Notes: generated by a model from the letters alone, not told the origin. Shown: positions 20,076 through 32,669, numbered from the stretch's first letter. The stretch: 64,000 nt of DNA from an uncultured Gemmatimonadales bacterium (GCA_963716255.1 OY970303.1:768001-832000), one strand, 5' to 3'. Translations and numbers: made by a program.

Positions 20076-20579
20076 TTGAAGCACGCCCTGCTCCCCCTCC
20101 TCGTCGCCCTCGCGCTGCCGGCCGCCCTGGGCGGCTGCCGCGACGAGTACGCGGGCACCCTGTCGCGCGAGCGCTTCGTGGCGGTGAACGTGGCGCTGCG
20201 CCGGCTGGACGCCGCGGGCCGGGACTCGCTGCGCACCGCCGCCGACTCGGCGCGCGCGCGCGCCGCCGTGCTGAAGAAGCAGGGGGTCACGGAAAAGGAG
20301 CTGCGGGCGTTCGTGGACGCCAGGCGCGACGACACGGAGGAGCTGTCGGAGACCTGGCGCGAGATCGCGTCGCGCCTGGCGCGCGCCGACTCCGTCGTCC
20401 GCGCGGACTCGGTGCGCAGGGACTCCCTGTCGCGCGCGAAGAAGGACACCGCCGCCGGCCGCCGGGACACGGCGCGCACCACGCCCCCCGCTCCGCGGGG
20501 CGGCCCGGCCCCGCCGCCGGGAACCCGGAGCAGGGAGCGCCCCCGCCCCACTCCGCCCCCGCCGACGCCGCGGAGCTGA
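20076..20579 (+). CDS. Hypothetical lipoprotein with Pro-rich tail
   Basis: TTG start; lipobox LGGC; helical core and xDS repeats. Confidence 0.7.
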   Translation: MKHALLPLLVALALPAALGGCRDEYAGTLSRERFVAVNVALRRLDAAGRDSLRTAADSARARAAVLKKQGVTEKELRAFVDARRDDTEELSETWREIASRLARADSVVRADSVRRDSLSRAKKDTAAGRRDTARTTPPAPRGGPAPPPGTRSRERPRPTPPPPTPRS

Positions 20580-20586
20580 GCGCGCA

Positions 20587-20618
20587 GAACCCCTTTCCCG
20601 GACGCGGGAAAGGGGTTC
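20587..20618. terminator. Hairpin between convergent genes
   Basis: gaacccctttccc-ggacgc-gggaaaggggttc. Confidence 0.55.
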
Positions 20619-20669
20619 CGCCGTTTCCGGAGCCGCCGCGGGGAACCCGCGGACCCCAGCGAGACCCCC

Positions 20670-20802
20670 GCGTGAGGGATTTCGGCCCGAAGGGGCGAGA
20701 CCCGGCGGGGCCGTTTCCGCCGGGGCTCGACTCCGTTAGCGAGCGTTGTTTGCTCGCTTACGGAGCCGAAGCCCGACCCCGGCGCCAGCCGGGGGCACGC
20801 CC
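20670..20802 (+). repeat. Multi-hairpin intergenic repeat (family A), copy 2
   Basis: Colinear with 13916-14046; overlaps the 3' end of the GT87-like gene. Confidence 0.9.
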
Positions 20803-21969
20803 GAACCCGTCTCCCCCCGCACTTTCCACACGCAGCCGCACGGCAACCGCAAGCGGCGCCAGCAGAAGCGGAAGGTACGTGGCCCAGCAGAGCGGCGCGA
20901 AGAGCACGGCGGCGGCCGCCACGATCCCGCAGCGCAGCGCCGTGTCCCGCGTCCGCCGGGTCAGCCAGGCGGCCGCCAGCGGCGCTGCGATGCCGGCGGC
21001 CGTGAGGTAGAGCCGGGCCCACGCCGGGAGCGGCCCCGGCCGGTACTCCCACCCCAGCTCCCGGACGATGCGCAGCACCGCGAACGAGATGGACACGTTG
21101 GTGCCGCCGTACTTGGGGTCGTACGCCCAGGTCCCCTGCCCCACCACGGGAAGCATGTAGCGCGCCCAGTCCAGCAGCGAGCGCACGAACACGCCCGGGC
21201 CCAGCACGGCCATGCAGAGCACGCTGCCGATCACGAGCGCGAGGGCCGCCCCCCGGACCACCCTCCACCCCTCGCGCTGGGCGGCCGCCAGCAGCGGCCA
21301 GGCGCAGTACAGCTTGACCATGGCGGACGCCGCGAAGCAGAAGCCCCGCGCCGCCGGCCAGGCGAGCGCCGCGCCGAAGAGCGCCCACAGCACCGGCTCC
21401 ACGTTGGCGACCATGACGGCGAGCTGCGCCCCCGGCACCGCGGCCACCACCGCCGCGGCGACGACCGCCCCGGCCGGGGTGACGCGGCCGGTGGCGAGCT
21501 TCGCCAGCGAGGCGGCGTACACCGCGAACGCCGCGTACAGCACCACGTACCATGCCCGCGCGAAGGTGAGCAGAGGCAGGTGGGCGAAGGGCACCAGCAC
21601 GCCCATCAGGAAGGGCGGATACGGGTAGCGGGCGTGCGGGTACGTGTGGCCGGGCGTGCCGATGTGGGGTCCGTAGTCCGGCCATGGCCAGTACAGCGCC
21701 TGACCCCGCAGGGCACGGCCGGCGATGACGTAGTAGCGCACCATGTCGTCGCGCCGCGCGGCCCGGGTCCACAGCGCGGGGACCAGCTCCCACCCCAGGT
21801 ACGCCAGGTACAGCACGCTCGCGGCGGCCAGCGCGGCCAGGGCGGCGCGCTCCCGGCCGGAGCGGCGCCGCCCGGGCTCGCCGCGGGCGTGGACGGCGCC
21901 CGCCACCCCCAGCGCGACCGCGGCGATGCCCAGCAGGTAGCGCGCCCACTCGGGCATGGACTCATGCAT
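20758..21969 (-). CDS. Glycosyltransferase family 87-like membrane protein
   Basis: D...YY.A....G..LY, YPYPPF, many TM helices, VKLY motif. Confidence 0.75.
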   Translation of the reverse strand: MHESMPEWARYLLGIAAVALGVAGAVHARGEPGRRRSGRERAALAALAAASVLYLAYLGWELVPALWTRAARRDDMVRYYVIAGRALRGQALYWPWPDYGPHIGTPGHTYPHARYPYPPFLMGVLVPFAHLPLLTFARAWYVVLYAAFAVYAASLAKLATGRVTPAGAVVAAAVVAAVPGAQLAVMVANVEPVLWALFGAALAWPAARGFCFAASAMVKLYCAWPLLAAAQREGWRVVRGAALALVIGSVLCMAVLGPGVFVRSLLDWARYMLPVVGQGTWAYDPKYGGTNVSISFAVLRIVRELGWEYRPGPLPAWARLYLTAAGIAAPLAAAWLTRRTRDTALRCGIVAAAAVLFAPLCWATYLPLLLAPLAVAVRLRVESAGGDGFGRAPGWRRGRASAP

Positions 21970-22209
21970 GGCGGGTGCTCATCCCCGGAGGGGTCTCCCG
22001 GCGTGGTCGTGGGGCGCCGGCCCGCCGGCGGACACGGGCGGGAACGGGCGGCGGAAAGGGCGCAAAGTATCGGAGGCGGAGCGGGCCGCCAAGGGGCGCC
22101 GGGCCGCCCGGGAACCTCCGGGGCGCGCCCTGGTACCGGTTGTCCGGCGCGGCCCCTCGCGCGGCCGAGGCCGCGCGCCGCAGCTCCCACCCGGACCCCG
22201 ATCCTGCCC

Positions 22210-24414
22210 ATGCGTCACACCCTGACCCCCCGCACGGTCGTACTGGCGCTGGCGACGGCCGCCGCCGGCTGCGCCCCCGCGAGCGCCGTGAGCCCGGAGA
22301 CCGCGCCCGCCCCGGCCCCGCAGGCCGCCGCGTCCGCCCCGGCCGCGGCGACCAACCCGCTCCTCGCCGGGTGGACCGGCCCCTACGGCGGCGTGCCGCC
22401 CTTCGACCGCGTGCGCGTGGCGGACTTCGTCCCCGCGCTGGAAGCGGCCATGGCGGAGAACCTGGCCGAGGTCGAGCGCATCGCCGCCGACCCCGCAGCG
22501 CCGACCTTCGAGAACACGGTGCTGGCGTTCGAGCGCGCCGGGAGGACGATGCAGCGGGTGATCACCTTCTACGGCGTGTGGAGCTCCAGCATGAGCACGC
22601 CGGAGTTCCAGGCCGTGCAGCGCGAGATGGCGCCCCGGCTGGCCGCCTTCAACGACCGCATCACGCAGAACGAGGCGCTCTTCCGCCGCCTGGAGGCGGT
22701 CGACGCCTCGCCGGAGAAGGCGCGGCTCAACCCGGAGCAGCAGCGGCTTCTCTGGGTGCACCACAACAACTTCGTGCGCGCCGGCGCGCGGCTGGACGCG
22801 GCGAAGAAGGCGCGCCTGTCGCAGGTCAACCAGCAGCTCGCCGGGCTCTTCACGGCCTTCAACCAGGACGTGCTGGCCGACGAGAGCGACCAGTTCCTGG
22901 TGATCCGCAGCGAGGCCGAGCTGGCCGGCGTGCCGCAGTCGGTGCGCGACGCCGCCTCCGCCGCCGCGGCCGCCCGCAAGCTGCCCGGCGCCTGGGTGAT
23001 CGACAACACGCGCTCGGCGGTGGATCCGTTCCTCACCTACGCCGACCGGCGCGACCTGCGCGAGAAGGTGTGGCGCACCTTCGTGAACCGCGGCGACATG
23101 GGCGGCGAAACGGACACCAACGCCACCATCGCGCAGATCCTCAAGCTCCGCGCCGAGCGGGCGCAGCTCCTGGGCTACCCCACGCACGCCCACTGGCGGC
23201 TGGACAACGCCATGGCGAAGACCCCCGAGCGCGCCATGGAGCTGATGGAGGCGGTGTGGACGCCCGCCGTGGCCCGGGTGCGCCAGGAGGTCGCCGACAT
23301 GCAGCAGGTGGCCCGCGCGGAGGGCGGCAGCGTCACCATCGAGCCGTGGGACTACCGCTACTACATGGAGAAGGTGCGCAAGCAGCGGTACGACCTGGAC
23401 CAGAACGAGGTCAAGCAGTACCTCCAGCTGGAGCGGCTGCGCGAGGGAATGTTCTGGGTGGCGGGCGAGCTGTTCGGCTTCCAGTTCACGCCCATCACCA
23501 GCGTCCCCGTCTTCCACCCCGACGTGCGGGTGTGGGAGGTCACGGACCGCGCCACCGGCCGCCACGTGGGCGTGTGGTACTTCGACCCGTACGCCCGTCC
23601 CGGCAAGCGCTCCGGCGCCTGGATGAACGCGTACCGGTCCCAGCAGCGCATGAACGGCGAGATCACCACCATCGTCTCCAACAACGCCAACTTCGTGAAG
23701 GGAAGGCCGGGCGAGCCGGTGCTCATCTCCTGGGACGACGCGGAAACTCTCTTCCACGAGTTCGGGCACGCCCTGCACGGCCTGTCCTCCAGCGTCACGT
23801 ATCCCACGCTCTCGGGGACGGCGGTGGCGCGCGACTACGTGGAGTTCCCCTCGCAGCTCCTGGAGCACTGGCTGGGCACGCCCGAGGTGCTGCAGCGCTT
23901 CGCCGTGCACCACCAGACGGGCCAGCCCATCCCGGCGGCGCTGGTGGACCGGATCAAGCGGGCCTCCACCTTCAACCAGGGCTTCGCCACCGTGGAGTAC
24001 CTGGGCAGCGCGCTGGTGGACATGAAGCTCCACCTGGCAGGGACCCGCGACATCGACCCGGACGCCTTCGAGCGGGAAACGCTGGCGCAGCTGGGGATGC
24101 CGCGCGAGATCGTGATGCGGCACCGCACGCCGCAGTTCACGCACGTGTTCGGCAGCGACAGCTACTCGGCGGGCTACTACAGCTACCTGTGGTCCGACGT
24201 GCTGACGGCGGACGCGGCGGAAGCCTTCAAGGAGGGCAAGGGGCTGTACGATCCGGCCGTGGCCGAGCGGCTGCGCCGCTACATCTTCGCCGTGGGGAAC
24301 ACCGTCGACCAGGCGGAGGCGTACCGCGCCTTCCGCGGGCGCGACGCGCGCATCGACGCGCTGATGCGCGACCGGGGCTTCCCGGTCCCCGGCCCGGCGA
24401 CGAGCCGTCCGTAG
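22210..24414 (+). CDS. dcp: M3-family metallopeptidase (peptidyl-dipeptidase Dcp-like), lipoprotein
   Basis: Lipobox AAGC; PPFD, KRSGAWM, LFHEFGHALH, DYVEFPSQ, YSAGYYSYLW. Confidence 0.93.
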   Translation: MRHTLTPRTVVLALATAAAGCAPASAVSPETAPAPAPQAAASAPAAATNPLLAGWTGPYGGVPPFDRVRVADFVPALEAAMAENLAEVERIAADPAAPTFENTVLAFERAGRTMQRVITFYGVWSSSMSTPEFQAVQREMAPRLAAFNDRITQNEALFRRLEAVDASPEKARLNPEQQRLLWVHHNNFVRAGARLDAAKKARLSQVNQQLAGLFTAFNQDVLADESDQFLVIRSEAELAGVPQSVRDAASAAAAARKLPGAWVIDNTRSAVDPFLTYADRRDLREKVWRTFVNRGDMGGETDTNATIAQILKLRAERAQLLGYPTHAHWRLDNAMAKTPERAMELMEAVWTPAVARVRQEVADMQQVARAEGGSVTIEPWDYRYYMEKVRKQRYDLDQNEVKQYLQLERLREGMFWVAGELFGFQFTPITSVPVFHPDVRVWEVTDRATGRHVGVWYFDPYARPGKRSGAWMNAYRSQQRMNGEITTIVSNNANFVKGRPGEPVLISWDDAETLFHEFGHALHGLSSSVTYPTLSGTAVARDYVEFPSQLLEHWLGTPEVLQRFAVHHQTGQPIPAALVDRIKRASTFNQGFATVEYLGSALVDMKLHLAGTRDIDPDAFERETLAQLGMPREIVMRHRTPQFTHVFGSDSYSAGYYSYLWSDVLTADAAEAFKEGKGLYDPAVAERLRRYIFAVGNTVDQAEAYRAFRGRDARIDALMRDRGFPVPGPATSRP

Positions 24415-24448
24415 GCGGGACCGCCGCGCCGCCCGGCAGCGTGACAGG

Positions 24449-24483
24449 AGCCCCCGGCGGTCCGCACCGCCGGGGGCTTTTTT
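24449..24483 (+). terminator. Rho-independent terminator
   Basis: agcccccggcggt-ccgc-accgccgggggct followed by a T run. Confidence 0.85.
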
Positions 24484-24511
24484 CGCGTCCGGGCGAGACG
24501 CCTTGCGAAAG

Positions 24512-24532
24512 CAAGATACGCAACGTATTTTG
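24512..24532. promoter_or_regulatory. Candidate operator of the Xre/RES operon
   Basis: Near-perfect inverted repeat caagatacg-caa-cgtattttg in an AT-rich patch 50 bp upstream of the antitoxin. Confidence 0.45.
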
Positions 24533-24582
24533 TTGCACGAAGAGGCTTGCCGGGAAGGTTTTCCGCGGATCCAGGAGAAACC

Positions 24583-24963
24583 ATGACGCGATCGGGCTCG
24601 GCGAAAAAGGTCAGGGAGCTGAACACCGACCAGAGCTTCTACGCGCTCCGCCTGGAGTCGGCGCGGCGCGCATTCCCCTCCGACGCGCAGGTGGCCGAAG
24701 CGCTGGGGGTGGACCGGGCGCAGGTGAAGCGCTGGTACGAGGGCACCACCGTCCCCGGACCGGAGAACGTGGACCGGATCGTGGGGCTGGACGCCGTCGT
24801 CGAGCTGCTTTCCGGGTACCTGGAGCCGTCGTCCGTCCCCAAGTGGCTGGGCGGGTTCAACGCCCACCTGGGAGACCGTCGCCCCATCGACGTGCTCCGG
24901 CAGGGCAGCCTTTCCGAGGTGATCGCCGCCATCGAGGCGCTGAAGAGCGGCTCCTACGCGTGA
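24583..24963 (+). CDS. Xre/MbcA/ParS-type antitoxin
   Basis: HTH (VAEALGVDRAQVKRW) and C-terminal WL...N..LG..RPID.L...G.YA; AGGAG RBS. Confidence 0.85.
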   Translation: MTRSGSAKKVRELNTDQSFYALRLESARRAFPSDAQVAEALGVDRAQVKRWYEGTTVPGPENVDRIVGLDAVVELLSGYLEPSSVPKWLGGFNAHLGDRRPIDVLRQGSLSEVIAAIEALKSGSYA

Positions 24964-25568
24964 GCGCGGCGCCGGCCCGCGCCTGGCGGGTGTTCCCGTG
25001 GGACCCGGGGGCCGCGGCGGGCGAGCGCTTCTCCCCCTCGTACGTGCCGCCGGCCCAGGGCAAGGGACGCTTCGACCTCCCCGGGGTTCCCGGCGGCGTG
25101 CTGTACCTGGCCGAAACGCCGGAGCACGCGGTGGCCGAGCTGGTGCAGCAGTACCGGGGGCAGTCGCTGGACGACGCGGAGCTGGTCGCCGGCGGCCGGC
25201 GCCTGGCGCTGGTGGCCGCCGCCCTGCCGGACCCGCTGCGCGGGAGCGTGCTCGACCTGTGCGACGCCGCGGAGCTCGTCCGGCTGGGCGTGCGGCCGGA
25301 CGAGACCGCTTCCCGCGACCGGGGCGCCACGCAGCGGATCGGCGCCGGGGTCCACGCCGCCGGGCACGCCGGGCTGCGCTGGTGGTCGGCGTTTTCCGGC
25401 GACTGGCACACCCTGCTTCTCTTCCGCGACCGCATGGGCGAGCCGCTGGCGTTCGGCACGCCGGAGGCCCTGACGCTCGACCACCCCGCCCTGCGGGAGG
25501 CCGCGCGGGAGCTGGGGATCGGCATCACGGCGGTGCGCCGCGCACGCGCCCGCGCCCCGGCGCGCTGA
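24960..25568 (+). CDS. RES-domain toxin (NAD+ phosphorylase-like)
   Basis: GTGA overlap; GRFD, LYLAE..EHAVAE, TQ.IG, GLRWWS (R, E, S residues). Confidence 0.85.
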   Translation: MSAAPARAWRVFPWDPGAAAGERFSPSYVPPAQGKGRFDLPGVPGGVLYLAETPEHAVAELVQQYRGQSLDDAELVAGGRRLALVAAALPDPLRGSVLDLCDAAELVRLGVRPDETASRDRGATQRIGAGVHAAGHAGLRWWSAFSGDWHTLLLFRDRMGEPLAFGTPEALTLDHPALREAARELGIGITAVRRARARAPAR

Positions 25569-25704
25569 CGCGGGACGGCGGCGTCACCCCGAGGGGAGCC
25601 CCCGGAGGCACGCGCTTCCGGGGGCTCCCCGCGTCCGGCCGCGCCCGCGCAGTACGAATGTTGCAGCCCCCGCCTCCCCTTTTCGTGTCCCCGAGGAGCG
25701 ACGC

Positions 25705-28299
<2,595 letters not shown>

Positions 28300-28339
28300 A
28301 CGGGGTTTTGACGACGGGGACGACAGGGACGACGGGTGC

Positions 28340-28730
28340 GGGCGTGCCCCCGGCTGGCGCCGGGGTCGGGCTTCGGCTCCGTAAGGCAGCAAACAACGCT
28401 GCCTAACGGAGGTGAGGTTTGGCGGAAACAGCCCCGCCGGGTCTCGCCCCTTCGGGCCGAAATCCCTCACGCGACAGGCCCCCTCCCCCGCAAGCGGGAG
28501 AGGGGGAGAACTTCATCGGGGACAACGTGTTTCGCGCTGGCGTCCGCGGGGCCCCACCCGGCTCGCTTGAGGCTCGCCACCCTCCCCCAATTCTGGGGGA
28601 GGGCTTCCTGACCCTCGCTTCCGACGTGTCGTTCTCCTCCTCTCCCCTCGTGGGAGAGGGGCCGGGGGGTGAGGGGGCCCAGACTCGCGGACGCCAGCAC
28701 CCGACCCCGGCGCCAGCCGGGGGCACGCCC
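28340..28730. repeat. Composite repeat (family A copy 3 rc 28340-28472 plus family C palindromes) bounded by a perfect 31-bp inverted repeat
   Basis: gggcgtgcccccggctggcgccggggtcggg (28340-28370) is the exact reverse complement of 28700-28730. Confidence 0.85.
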
Positions 28731-28762
28731 AGGCCCGCCGTCCAGAGCTGTTCAAGCCGGTA

Positions 28763-29410
28763 TCAGTAGGCGACGCCGAACCGCCGCCCCACGTGCTGCG
28801 GCTTCTCCAGCTCGTCGACCAGCGCAACCGCGTAGTCCTCGAAGGAGATGGCGCTGTTCCCGTGCTCGTCCGTGAGGAGCTGGTCGAGGGTGGTCCGGTA
28901 CTTCCCGGTGCGCTCCCCCGGCTGGATCACGATCGCCGGGCTCAAAAAGGTCCAGTCCAGCCCCTCCCCCTCCGCACGGTACACGGCGAGCGAGTCGCGC
29001 CCCTCGGTCGCCTCGGCGCGGTACTCGTCCGGGAAGCCGGGAGCGTCCATCAGCGCCACCCCGGGCGCCACCTCCAGGCTCCCCGCCCCGCCCACCACCA
29101 CCAGCCGCTTCACCCCCGCCTCGCGCAGGCCGGCGATCAGGCCGCGCGCCGCCGCGACCAGCGACGGGGCGCTCCCCGTGCTCCCCGGGCGCGGGGACAC
29201 GGCGCTGACCACCGCGTCCGCCCCGCGGACGGCCCGGGCGACGCTCGCCGCGTCGGTGGCGTCGCCCTGCACCAGCCGGACGCGCGGGTCCGGCGCCTGC
29301 GGCTTCGCCGGGTCGCGCACCACGCCCACCACCTCGTGGCCGCGCTCCAGCGCCTCCCGGACGATCCGCTGGCCCACGTGCCCCGTGGCGCCGAAGAGTA
29401 CGATCTTCAT
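28763..29410 (-). CDS. NAD(P)-dependent oxidoreductase (NADH-flavin reductase/YwnB-like)
   Basis: MKIVLFGATGHVG, VVGGAGSL, LDWTFLSP, ISFEDYA. Confidence 0.92.
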   Translation of the reverse strand: MKIVLFGATGHVGQRIVREALERGHEVVGVVRDPAKPQAPDPRVRLVQGDATDAASVARAVRGADAVVSAVSPRPGSTGSAPSLVAAARGLIAGLREAGVKRLVVVGGAGSLEVAPGVALMDAPGFPDEYRAEATEGRDSLAVYRAEGEGLDWTFLSPAIVIQPGERTGKYRTTLDQLLTDEHGNSAISFEDYAVALVDELEKPQHVGRRFGVAY

Positions 29411-29523
29411 GATGGCTCCCTTTCCGGTTGCGGGCGGCTCGGGCCGCCCGGGTACGATGCCGGAGCGGACGTCGCCCCGGCATGTGTGTATCCACCGTTG
29501 TCACATACCACACCAAAAAAATT

Positions 29524-29970
29524 TCAGCGGGCTTCCCGCGTCCCCTCCGCCTCCGCGCCGGCGAGGTCCCGCCCCAGCTCGGCGATGGTGGTGCGGTCCA
29601 GCTCCGCCTCCAGCACCCGCTCCGCCGCGTCCAGGCGGCGCTCCAGCACGGCCTGGATGTTCCGTCCCACCGGGCAGGCGGGGTTGGGCCGCTCCCGGTG
29701 CATGGCGAACAATTCCCCACCGCCCTCGCCCACCGCGCGGTACACGTCGCCCAGGGTGATGCGGGACGCGGGGCGCGCCAGGAGCGCGCCGCCGCCCGTG
29801 CCCATCTGCGAGGTGGTGAGCCCCGCCTTCGCCAGCACGCCCAGGAGCCGCCGGACCAGCGAGGGGTTGGTGTTCACGCTCCCCGCGATGAAATCGGACG
29901 TGACCGGCTCCCCCCCGCTCTGCTCGAGCAGGGTGAGGATGTGCGTGGCGACGGCGAAGCGGCTGTTCAT
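29524..29970 (-). CDS. Rrf2-family regulator (YwnA-like); in frame with the upstream oxidoreductase C-terminus
   Basis: MNSRFAVATHIL, IAGSVNTNP..VRR, G..GG..LAR, PNPACPVG.NI. Confidence 0.88.
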   Translation of the reverse strand: MNSRFAVATHILTLLEQSGGEPVTSDFIAGSVNTNPSLVRRLLGVLAKAGLTTSQMGTGGGALLARPASRITLGDVYRAVGEGGGELFAMHRERPNPACPVGRNIQAVLERRLDAAERVLEAELDRTTIAELGRDLAGAEAEGTREAR

Positions 29971-31381
29971 CCGGCGCAGCGCCGCGCGGGCGGCGTAGTA
30001 GCCGCACATGCCGTGGACGGCGCCGCCCGGCGGGGTGGACGCGGAGCACAGGTACAGCCCTTCCACCGGCGTGGTGTACGGGTTGGCACGGAGCGCGGGG
30101 CGGAAGAAGACCTGCCGCAGCGTCATGGCGCCGGCGCTGATGTCGCCGCCCACCAGGTTGGGGTTGTGGCGCTCCAGCTCCGAGGGGGGCATGACGCTGC
30201 GCGCCAGCACCAGGTCGCGGAAGCCGGGGGCGAAGCGCTCCACCTGGTCCTCGATGGCGCGCGTCATGTCCACTTCGCAGCCGAAGGGGACATGGCAGTA
30301 GGCCCAGGCGATGTGCTTCCCCGAGGGCGCACGCGACGGGTCGTGCAGGGTGGGCTGCACCAGGAGGACGAACGGCCTGTCCGGCACCCTGCCGTTCGAG
30401 CGGCGCCTGCTCCGAGGCGGCGATCTCGTCGAGCGTGCCGCCCAGGTGCACGGTGTGGGCGCGCCGGCACTCCGGGGAGCGCCAGGGGACGGGGCCGCCG
30501 AGCGCCCAGTCCACCTTGAACGACCCGGCCCCGTAGCGGAAGCGCTCCAGCGCGCGGCGGTAGCGCGCGGGGAGGCGGTGCCCGGCCACGCGCAGCACCT
30601 GGCGCGGCGTCAGGTCCAGCAGGATCGTCCGCACGCCGCGCAGCTCGTCCACGCTCTCCACCGGCGCCCCGACCACGATCTCGCCGCCCAGCGAGCGCAG
30701 GTACGAGGCGAGCGCGTCCGCGATCGCCTGCGAGCCGCCCCGCGCCACCGGCCACCCCACCGCGTGTCCCGCCGCCGCCAGCGTCAGCCCGAACGCGGCC
30801 GTGGGCGAGGCGGTGAGCGGCACCATGGAGTGCGCCGCGTTGCCGGCGAAGAGCGCCCGCGCCTCCTCCCCGCGGAAGCTTCCCCTCGCCACCGCGCAGG
30901 CGGAGCGGACGGCGGTCAGCCCGAAGCGCGCCAGCAGCAGCGGGTGGTCGGGGAACGCCAGCGGGCCCAGGATGTCCTCGGCCAGGGCGGGCCAGCGGTC
31001 CACCCAGCGGCCCAGCAGCCGCTCCCAGGCGAGCGCGTCCGGCCCCAGCGTCGCGCCCGTCGCCGCCATGGACCGCTCCAGCATCGCCACGCGCCCGTCG
31101 TCGAAGGGGTGAGCCAGGCACGCGGGCGAGTGCACCCACTCCAGCCCGTGCTCCTCCAGCGGCAGCGTGCGGAAGAACGGCGAGGAGAGCGCCAGCGGGT
31201 GCACCGTGGAGCAGACGTCGTGGCGGAAGCCCGGAAGCGTCAGCGCCTCCGTCCGCATCCCTCCCCCGATCGTGTCGGCCTGCTCCCGCACGACCACGGA
31301 GCGCCCCGCCCGCGCCAGCACGATCGCCGCGGACAGCCCGTTGGGCCCCGAGCCCACCACCACCGCGTCCGGCAGCGCCAT
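29971..31381 (-). pseudogene. Phytoene-dehydrogenase-like NAD(P)/FAD oxidoreductase, frameshifted near 30395 and lacking its own stop
   Basis: MALPDAVVVGSGPNGL..., HDVCS, GWPVARGGS; frame changes at EQAPLE/GRVPDRPF; C-terminus STPPGGAVHGMCGY runs into Rrf2. Confidence 0.8.
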
Positions 31382-31600
31382 CCCCCGTCCCCGTCCGGAG
31401 TGTTCGTCCCGCCGCAGCCGGCGCCCTGCCCGTCCGCCGCCGTCGGCGCCCCACCGGCCGCGGGCGGCCTGCACGATGCGCTCCACCGCCCGGCGGAGCG
31501 GGGCCGCGACCCTGGTGTGATTCTCGCACGACACGCGCCGGGCCCGCGCCGCGCCGCGAGCCCCCGGACCGACGGCTCCGTCCCAGCCAGGGAGGTACGA

Positions 31601-32641
31601 ATGCACCCGAAGGGCTTTCACCCGTGGACGTGCGTGCTGCTCCTCGCGCTCCCGGCGTGCAGGATCGTCGACCGCGTGCGCGACGGCGGCGCGCCCGCGG
31701 ACACCGCGGCGGCCCCCGCCTCCACGGAGTCGCTGGTGCTGCGGCTGGAATCGCCCGGCGTGCTCCACCCGGGCGAGGAGGGCACGGTGCGCGTCTCCAT
31801 CGCCAACCACGGCGACTCGGTCCCGCGCGGCGTGGTGCTGGAGCTGTTCGTCCCCGGCTGGCTGGAACCGTCCCCGCCCGCGCCGGGCGGGAGGGAGGTG
31901 ACGGTGGGGGTGACGGAGGAGGAGGGAGTCAGGCTCGCGTACCGGCTGGACGAGCCCCCGCTGCGGCCCGGGAAGACGGAGATCGTGGAACAGCGGCTCC
32001 GCGTGCCGCCCGCGAGCCCGGCGACGCGCGGAGGCCGTCCCTGGGGGCGCGTGGTCCGCGCGCGCCTGACGGCGCCCGGCGGGCGCTCCATGACCGAGGT
32101 GGAGAGCCCGATCGCCTTCGATTCGGTCGCGGCGGGCGACTCGGCCGCGGCCGCGCCGGACACGGCGACGACGGCGGCGATGCCGCGCGACCGGCTGGGC
32201 CCGGCCCGGCTGGGGATGACGGCGGCGGCGCTGCGCCGGGCGGCTCCCGGCGCGCGCGACACCGCCTGGACGCGCGGGGGCGCGGCGGAGCGCGGGGTGG
32301 TGGTCCCGCTGGGCGGGAGCGGCCGGGCGGTCGCCCTGCTCGCCGGGGACTCGGTGGAGCGGATCGAGGTGCGCGACCCGGCGGCGCGGACGCGCGAGGG
32401 GCTGGGCGTGGGATCGCCCGTGGGTGAGCTTCGCGCGGCGTACGGGACCGCCTGCGCGGACGTGGTGGACGACGAGGTGGTGGTCTGGTTCCCCCGCGCG
32501 CCGGGCGTCGGCTTCGCGCTGGACGTGAGGCCGCCGCGGGACCCGCGCCTGGCGCGGGCGCAGCCGGACCGCATCCCCGCCACCGCCCGCGTCACCCGCT
32601 GGTGGCTGCGCCGCGGACCGCAGGGCTGCGCTCCGCCCTGA
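31601..32641 (+). CDS. Hypothetical lipoprotein (Ig-like N-terminal region)
   Basis: GGAGG RBS, ATG 31601, lipobox LPAC; C-terminal T.EGLGVGS...L..AYG motif. Confidence 0.7.
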   Translation: MHPKGFHPWTCVLLLALPACRIVDRVRDGGAPADTAAAPASTESLVLRLESPGVLHPGEEGTVRVSIANHGDSVPRGVVLELFVPGWLEPSPPAPGGREVTVGVTEEEGVRLAYRLDEPPLRPGKTEIVEQRLRVPPASPATRGGRPWGRVVRARLTAPGGRSMTEVESPIAFDSVAAGDSAAAAPDTATTAAMPRDRLGPARLGMTAAALRRAAPGARDTAWTRGGAAERGVVVPLGGSGRAVALLAGDSVERIEVRDPAARTREGLGVGSPVGELRAAYGTACADVVDDEVVVWFPRAPGVGFALDVRPPRDPRLARAQPDRIPATARVTRWWLRRGPQGCAPP

Positions 32642-32669
32642 CGCCGGACGCTCCACCGAACTCCCGGAA

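Noticed and set aside
20746..22209. Long N-terminal extensions in the ORF track (dcp, trxA, rsmI, cheR, cheD and others)
   Set aside because: Extensions overlap other real genes and are low-complexity; internal starts with RBS or stop/start overlap fit better.
28311..28336. gacg/ggga short tandem run after the YdeP-like gene
   Set aside because: Three degenerate 9-mers in GC-rich DNA; too weak to interpret.
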